Below are positions 59,409 to 64,000 of a stretch of DNA of 64,000 nt, piece after piece. The notes beneath the pieces were generated by a model. The model did no database searches. It saw only the letters and a program-made list of their open reading frames with translations, and had not been told where the DNA came from. Source of the stretch: an uncultured Actinomycetes bacterium (lineage in GTDB: Bacteria; Actinomycetota; Thermoleophilia; Gaiellales; JAICJC01); contig CAVQXH010000004.1 in assembly GCA_963717845.1 (NCBI GenBank), positions 775,257-839,256 of the forward strand, given 5' to 3'. Both the position numbers and the translations under genes were made by a program. Numbering within the stretch: the stretch's first letter is position 1; each line of letters starts with the position of its first letter.

Positions 59409-60494
59409 GTGCGCCCCCGACCCGCCCTCGCCGATCTGCGGCCGTACGAGCCGGGCAAGCCCGCCGCCACGGTGCGGCGCGAGCTCGGCCTGCACCGGAT
59501 CGTCAAGCTGGCGTCCAACGAAGGGCCGTACGGCCCGTTCCCGGCGGCGCTCGCGGCGATCGCCCGGCAGGCCCCCGAGCTCAACCGCTATCCCGAGCTC
59601 GGCGGCGAGCTGGCCGAGCGCCTGGCCGCCCGGCACGGCGTCACCGCCGACCGGATCGCGATCGGCAACGGCGCCGACGCGATCGTCGGCCTGCTCTCGA
59701 CCGCCTACCTCGATCCCGGCGACGAGGCGGTCATGGGCTGGCCGTCGTTCATCAGCTACCGGCTCGCGGCGATCAAGCAGGCGGCGACACCGGTGCTCGT
59801 GCCGCTGCGCGACGGCGTCTACGACCTCGACGCGATCGCCGAGCGGATCGGCCCGCGCACGCGCATCGTGTACGTCTGCAACCCCAACAACCCCACGGGG
59901 ACGATGGTCGGCCGCGCGCGGCTCTCGGCGTTTCTCGACCGCGTCCCCGAGGACGTGCTGGTGGTCGTCGACGAGGCCTACCACGACTACGTGACCGACC
60001 CCGACTACCCGGACGCGATCGCAGAGCATGTCGGCGGGCGGCCCAACGTGGCGGTGCTGCGCACGTTCTCGAAGATCTACGGCCTGGCCGGCCTGCGCAT
60101 CGGCTACATGGTCGCCCCGGCCGAGGTGGTGCGCGAGGCGATGAAGGTGCGCGCGCCGTTCGACGTCTCCGAGCTCGCGCACGTCGCGGCGCTCGCGAGC
60201 CTGGACGATCCGGGTGAGCTCGCGCGCAGGCGGGATCTGAACGAGCGCGGCCGGGCCGAGCTCGTGGCTGCACTTGCCACAGCTGGGATGACGCCGTTCC
60301 CGGCGTGCGCCAACTTCCTCGCCGTCGATGTCGGCGACGGCCGCGCCCTGGCCCGCGCGCTCGAGCTGGACGGCGTGATCGTGCGCCCGCTGGAGCCCTT
60401 CGGCGCCCCCGGGAGCGTGCGGATCACGGTCGGCACCCCCGACGAGAACGCGATCTTTGCGGCCGCCCTGCACCGGGCGCTGCAGCCGCGGTGA
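59409..60494 (+). CDS. hisC: Histidinol-phosphate aminotransferase
   Basis: KLASNE, NPNNPTG, DEAY, RTFSKIYGLAGLRIG. Confidence 0.92.
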   Translation: MRPRPALADLRPYEPGKPAATVRRELGLHRIVKLASNEGPYGPFPAALAAIARQAPELNRYPELGGELAERLAARHGVTADRIAIGNGADAIVGLLSTAYLDPGDEAVMGWPSFISYRLAAIKQAATPVLVPLRDGVYDLDAIAERIGPRTRIVYVCNPNNPTGTMVGRARLSAFLDRVPEDVLVVVDEAYHDYVTDPDYPDAIAEHVGGRPNVAVLRTFSKIYGLAGLRIGYMVAPAEVVREAMKVRAPFDVSELAHVAALASLDDPGELARRRDLNERGRAELVAALATAGMTPFPACANFLAVDVGDGRALARALELDGVIVRPLEPFGAPGSVRITVGTPDENAIFAAALHRALQPR

Positions 60495-61462
60495 CCCGGC
60501 GGCCGACCGACTTGGCGACCCTGGTCGAGGGGGTCGGGGGCGGCGACACCCGCGCGGTGGCGCGGGCGATCACGCTGATCGAGAACCGCGATCCGCTCGC
60601 CTACGAGCTCGTGCGGGAGCTGTATCCGCGCACGGGCAAGGCCGCGATCGTCGGCTTCACGGGGCCGCCGGGAGTCGGCAAGTCGAGCCTGATCGCCTGC
60701 GTCGTCGCCTTTCTGCGGGCCGAGGAGCAGCGGGTGGGGGTGGTGACGGTCGACCCGTCGAGCCCGTTCTCGCGCGGGGCGCTGCTCGGCGACCGCATCC
60801 GCCTGGCCGACCACTTCACCGACGACGGCGTCTTCATCCGCTCGATGAGCACGCGCGGCCACCTCGGCGGCGTGTCCGAGGCGACGCTGCAGGCCCTGCT
60901 CGTGCTCGACGCGGCCGGGATGGACGAGCTGCTCCTGGAGACGGTCGGCGTGGGCCAGAGCGAGGTCGAGGTGGCGTCGCTCGCCGACACCGTGCTGCTG
61001 GTGCTGCAGCCGGGCTCGGGGGACTCCATCCAGGCGCTCAAGGCCGGGGTGATGGAGATCCCCGACATCATCGTCATCAACAAGAGCGATCACCCCGCCG
61101 CGCGCACGATGCGGGCCGAGATCCGCTCGGTGCTCGCGCTCGACCCGCAGACGGCCCGGCGCGTGCCGATCGTCGAGACCGAGGCGTTCCGGTCGGAGGG
61201 GATCGCCGAGCTCTGGGGGGCCGTGCTCGACCACCGCGCCCACCTGGCGAAGGACGGCGGCCTGGAGACGCGCCGGCGCCAGAGCGTGGAGCACGAGATC
61301 GTCGCCGTGGCGGTCGCCCAGGCGCGGCGGCGGCTGAGCGAGGCGCTCGAGCAGGATCCCGAGCTGCGCCGGCTCCTTGACGACGTGCACGCCCGCCGGC
61401 TCGACCCGCTCACCGCCACGCGCGAGATCAGCGAGCGGGTGTTCCGGGCGGGGGCCGAATGA
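60491..61462 (+). CDS. meaB: Methylmalonyl-CoA mutase-associated GTPase
   Basis: TGPPGVGKS, VDPSS..GALLGDRIR, ETVGVGQSE, NKSD. Confidence 0.92.
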   Translation: MTRRPTDLATLVEGVGGGDTRAVARAITLIENRDPLAYELVRELYPRTGKAAIVGFTGPPGVGKSSLIACVVAFLRAEEQRVGVVTVDPSSPFSRGALLGDRIRLADHFTDDGVFIRSMSTRGHLGGVSEATLQALLVLDAAGMDELLLETVGVGQSEVEVASLADTVLLVLQPGSGDSIQALKAGVMEIPDIIVINKSDHPAARTMRAEIRSVLALDPQTARRVPIVETEAFRSEGIAELWGAVLDHRAHLAKDGGLETRRRQSVEHEIVAVAVAQARRRLSEALEQDPELRRLLDDVHARRLDPLTATREISERVFRAGAE

Positions 61463-62614
61463 CCGCGTCCGCAGCTGAGCGCTACGTCAGGCTCGGGCTG
61501 CAGCTGGGCCGTCAGGTCGAGGGGATCGTCGACTCCTACTTCGGCCCGCCCGAGCTCGCGGCGGCCGTCGACGCGGAGCCGCAGGCCGAGCCGCGGGCGC
61601 TCGTCTCGGCGGCCGAGGCGCTGCTGCGACGAGCTCGAGGACGGCTGGCTGCGCGACCAGGTGATCGGCCTGCGCACCTACGCGGGCGTGCTCGCCGGCG
61701 AGCAGTGGTCGTACGCCGACGAGGTCGAGGCGTGCTACGGCGTGCGCCCGGTCCACACCGACGAGGCCGTCTTCGCCGAGGCGCACGAACGGCTCGAGGA
61801 ACTGCTTCCCGGCGACGGATCCCTGGCGGAGCGGTACGACCGCTGGCGCAAGTCGATCCTCGTGCCGGCGGAGCGGGTCGAGGCGACGGTGGCCGCGGTC
61901 ATCGACGAGGCGCGGGCGTGGACACGCGGACTGGTCGAGCTTCCGGCCGGCGAGGGAGTCGACCTGGAGATCGTCCACGACCAGCCGTGGCTGGCGTTCT
62001 GCTACTACCTCGGCGATCGCCGCAGCCGGATCTCGGTCAACGTCGATCTGCCGATCTCGGCCATCGACCTGCTCGAGCTGACGATCCACGAGACGTATCC
62101 GGGACACCACGCGGAGCGCTGCTGCAAGGAGGAGCTTCTGGTGCGCGGCCGCGGCTTGCTCGAGGAGACGATCGTGATGGTGCCCGCCCCGCAGTCGCTC
62201 GTCGCGGAGGGGATCGCATCGATCGCGCCGTCCGCGGTGCTCGAGAGCGCGGGCGGGGCGGCGCTCGCCGCCGTCCTGCACGACGCCGGCATCGAGTTCG
62301 ACCTGGGGCACGCCGTCGCCGTCGAGCGGGCCCTGCAGCCGTGCGGGTGGGCCGACGTGAATGCCGCGCTCCTGCTGCACGACGCCGGGGCGAGCGAGGC
62401 CGAGGTGCACGCCTACCTGCAACGCTGGGCGCTGCGCTCGCCGGAGCTCGCGACCCACCTGATGCGCTTTCTCAACGAGCCGTCCTCACGCACCTACATG
62501 ATCACGTACTCCGCCGGCCGGGATCTCTGCCGCGCCTATGTGGCGGGCGAGCCGGACCGCTTCCGCCGCCTGCTGACCGAGCAGGTGCGCGTCACCGACC
62601 TCACCCCGCCGTGA
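61459..62614 (+). CDS. DUF885-like putative metallopeptidase, frameshift near 61628
   Basis: GIVDSYFGPPEL N-terminus; HETYPGHH and AEG motifs. Confidence 0.7.
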
Positions 62615-63092
62615 ACGCGCGCCGGCCCTCGGCGATGATCTCGTCGGCGTAGGCGCGGTTGCGCCAGCCGCCGATCTCGGTGCCGGCGCCGTGCTCGAGG
62701 TCCTTGTAGACGTCGAAGAAGTGGGCGATCTCGTCGAGCAGCGACACGCGGATGTCGCCGATGTCGTGCACGCGGCTCCACTTCGGATCCTTGAACGGGA
62801 CGCACAGCACCTTGTCGTCCTCGCCCTTCTCGTCGTGCATCTCGAACACGCCGACGGGCTCGACCTTGATGACGCAGCCGGGGAAGGTCGGCTCGGCCAC
62901 CAGCACGAGCGCGTCGACCGGATCGCCGTCGCGGCCGAGGGTGTCGAGGATGAAGCCGTAGTCGGCCGGATAGACGACGCTCGTCCACAGCGTCCGGTCG
63001 AGCACGATCCGCTCGAGGGCGGGGTCGTACTCGTACTTGTTGCGGCTGCCCTGCGGGATCTCGATCAGGACGTTGAGGGGTTCGTCGGCCAC
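62601..63092 (-). CDS. ppa: Inorganic pyrophosphatase (family I)
   Basis: IEIPQGSRNKYE, YPADYG, DGDPVD, DDKVL, FFDVYKDLE. Confidence 0.93.
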   Translation of the reverse strand: MADEPLNVLIEIPQGSRNKYEYDPALERIVLDRTLWTSVVYPADYGFILDTLGRDGDPVDALVLVAEPTFPGCVIKVEPVGVFEMHDEKGEDDKVLCVPFKDPKWSRVHDIGDIRVSLLDEIAHFFDVYKDLEHGAGTEIGGWRNRAYADEIIAEGRRAFTAG

Positions 63093-63129
63093 GGTCGCAG
63101 GCAAACAGGGTACCCTTCGCGGCCACCTC

Positions 63130-64000
63130 GTGGTCACGCTGGAAGACATTCGCGCCGCCGCCGCAGGCCTCTCGGGTGTCGCCCACAGGACGCCCACGGA
63201 GCGCTCGGAGTCGTTCACGCGCCAGTGCGGCGGCGAGGTGTGGCTGAAGTTCGAAAATCAGCAGCGCACCGGCTCGTTCAAGATCCGCGGCGCGTACACC
63301 AAGATCCGGTCGCTCACCGACGCCGAGCGGACGGCCGGAGTGGTGGCGCCGTCGGCCGGAAACCACGCCCAGGCGGTCGCGTTCGCCGCCCGGTCGGCCG
63401 GCGTCGACGCGACCGTGTACATGCCCGAGGCGGCCTCTCTGGCGAAGGTGGGGGCGACCGAGGGCTACGGCGCCACGGTGCGTCTGGTCGGAGACAGCGT
63501 CGAGGGGTCGGTCGAGGCCGCCCGTCAGGCGGTGCGCGACGAGGGCAAGACCCTCGTGCACCCGTTCGACGACGAGGTCGTGATCGCCGGGCAGGGCACC
63601 GTGGGCCTGGAGATCCTCGAGGACGTGCCCGACCTGGATGCGGTCGTCGTCCCGCTCGGCGGCGGCGGGCTGCTCTCGGGCATCGCCATCGCCGTGAAGA
63701 GCCTGCGCCCGGAGGTGCGGGTGATCGGGGTCGAGGCGGCCGGGTGCGCGCCCTACGTCGGCTCGCTCGAGCACGGCGAGATCACGCCGGTGCCGCAGAC
63801 CGAGACGATCGCCGACGGCATCGCCGTCAAGCACCCGGGCGAGATCACCTTCGCGCTCGTGCGCCAGTACGTCGACGACGTCGTCACGGTCACCGACGCC
63901 GAGATCAGCCAGACGATCGTGCAGCTGCTCGAGCGCAGCAAGGCCGTCGTCGAGGGCGCGGGCGCCGTCGCGCTGGCGGCGCTCCTGGCCGGCAAGGTGC
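63130..64000 (+). CDS. ilvA: Threonine ammonia-lyase (partial, runs off the right edge)
   Basis: Read by hand: KFENQQRTGSFKIRGA, SAGNHAQ, HPFDD..IAGQGT, GGGGLLSG, TIADGIAV. Confidence 0.9.
   Translation, partial: MVTLEDIRAAAAGLSGVAHRTPTERSESFTRQCGGEVWLKFENQQRTGSFKIRGAYTKIRSLTDAERTAGVVAPSAGNHAQAVAFAARSAGVDATVYMPEAASLAKVGATEGYGATVRLVGDSVEGSVEAARQAVRDEGKTLVHPFDDEVVIAGQGTVGLEILEDVPDLDAVVVPLGGGGLLSGIAIAVKSLRPEVRVIGVEAAGCAPYVGSLEHGEITPVPQTETIADGIAVKHPGEITFALVRQYVDDVVTVTDAEISQTIVQLLERSKAVVEGAGAVALAALLAGKV

Noticed and set aside
5745-62614. Many frameshifted genes read as pseudogenes or programmed frameshifts
   Set aside because: Isolated single-base slips in unrelated genes with motifs otherwise intact and no slippery sites noted fit long-read consensus errors better; raw reads are needed to be sure.

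Overview
A very GC-rich, gene-dense bacterial chromosome segment. Gene content and pervasive leaderless TANNNT starts point to Actinomycetota, probably Thermoleophilia-like (inference). About 66 CDSs; no rRNA, tRNA, CRISPR array, transposase or phage gene was recognised. Several genes carry apparent 1-bp frameshifts, most simply explained as long-read consensus errors. Main blocks: (1) a peptide/amide catabolic island (DmpA, Opp/Dpp ABC transporter, a ketopantoate-reductase/amidase fusion, creatininase-like, GNAT, M14 desuccinylase, M55 DppA, RidA); (2) a c-di-GMP and surface module (GAF-HD-GYP, PilZ, TadE, CpaE, degenerate GGDEF, two-component pair) with shared sigma28/WhiG-like promoter motifs; (3) a moeZ-cysO-cysM-mec sulfur-carrier cysteine operon; (4) secreted enzymes (GH16, phosphoesterase, S53 protease) and an ArsA-like ATPase pair; (5) an orphan parA overlapping an ftsZ that lies outside any dcw cluster and carries an N-terminal peptide resembling ParA-partner peptides, which is the best candidate for an undescribed system; (6) a SipW-type signal peptidase fusion with its likely fibre substrate; (7) hisC-meaB, ppa and ilvA. 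Two families of short intergenic palindromic repeats recur, one phased at 22-23 bp.
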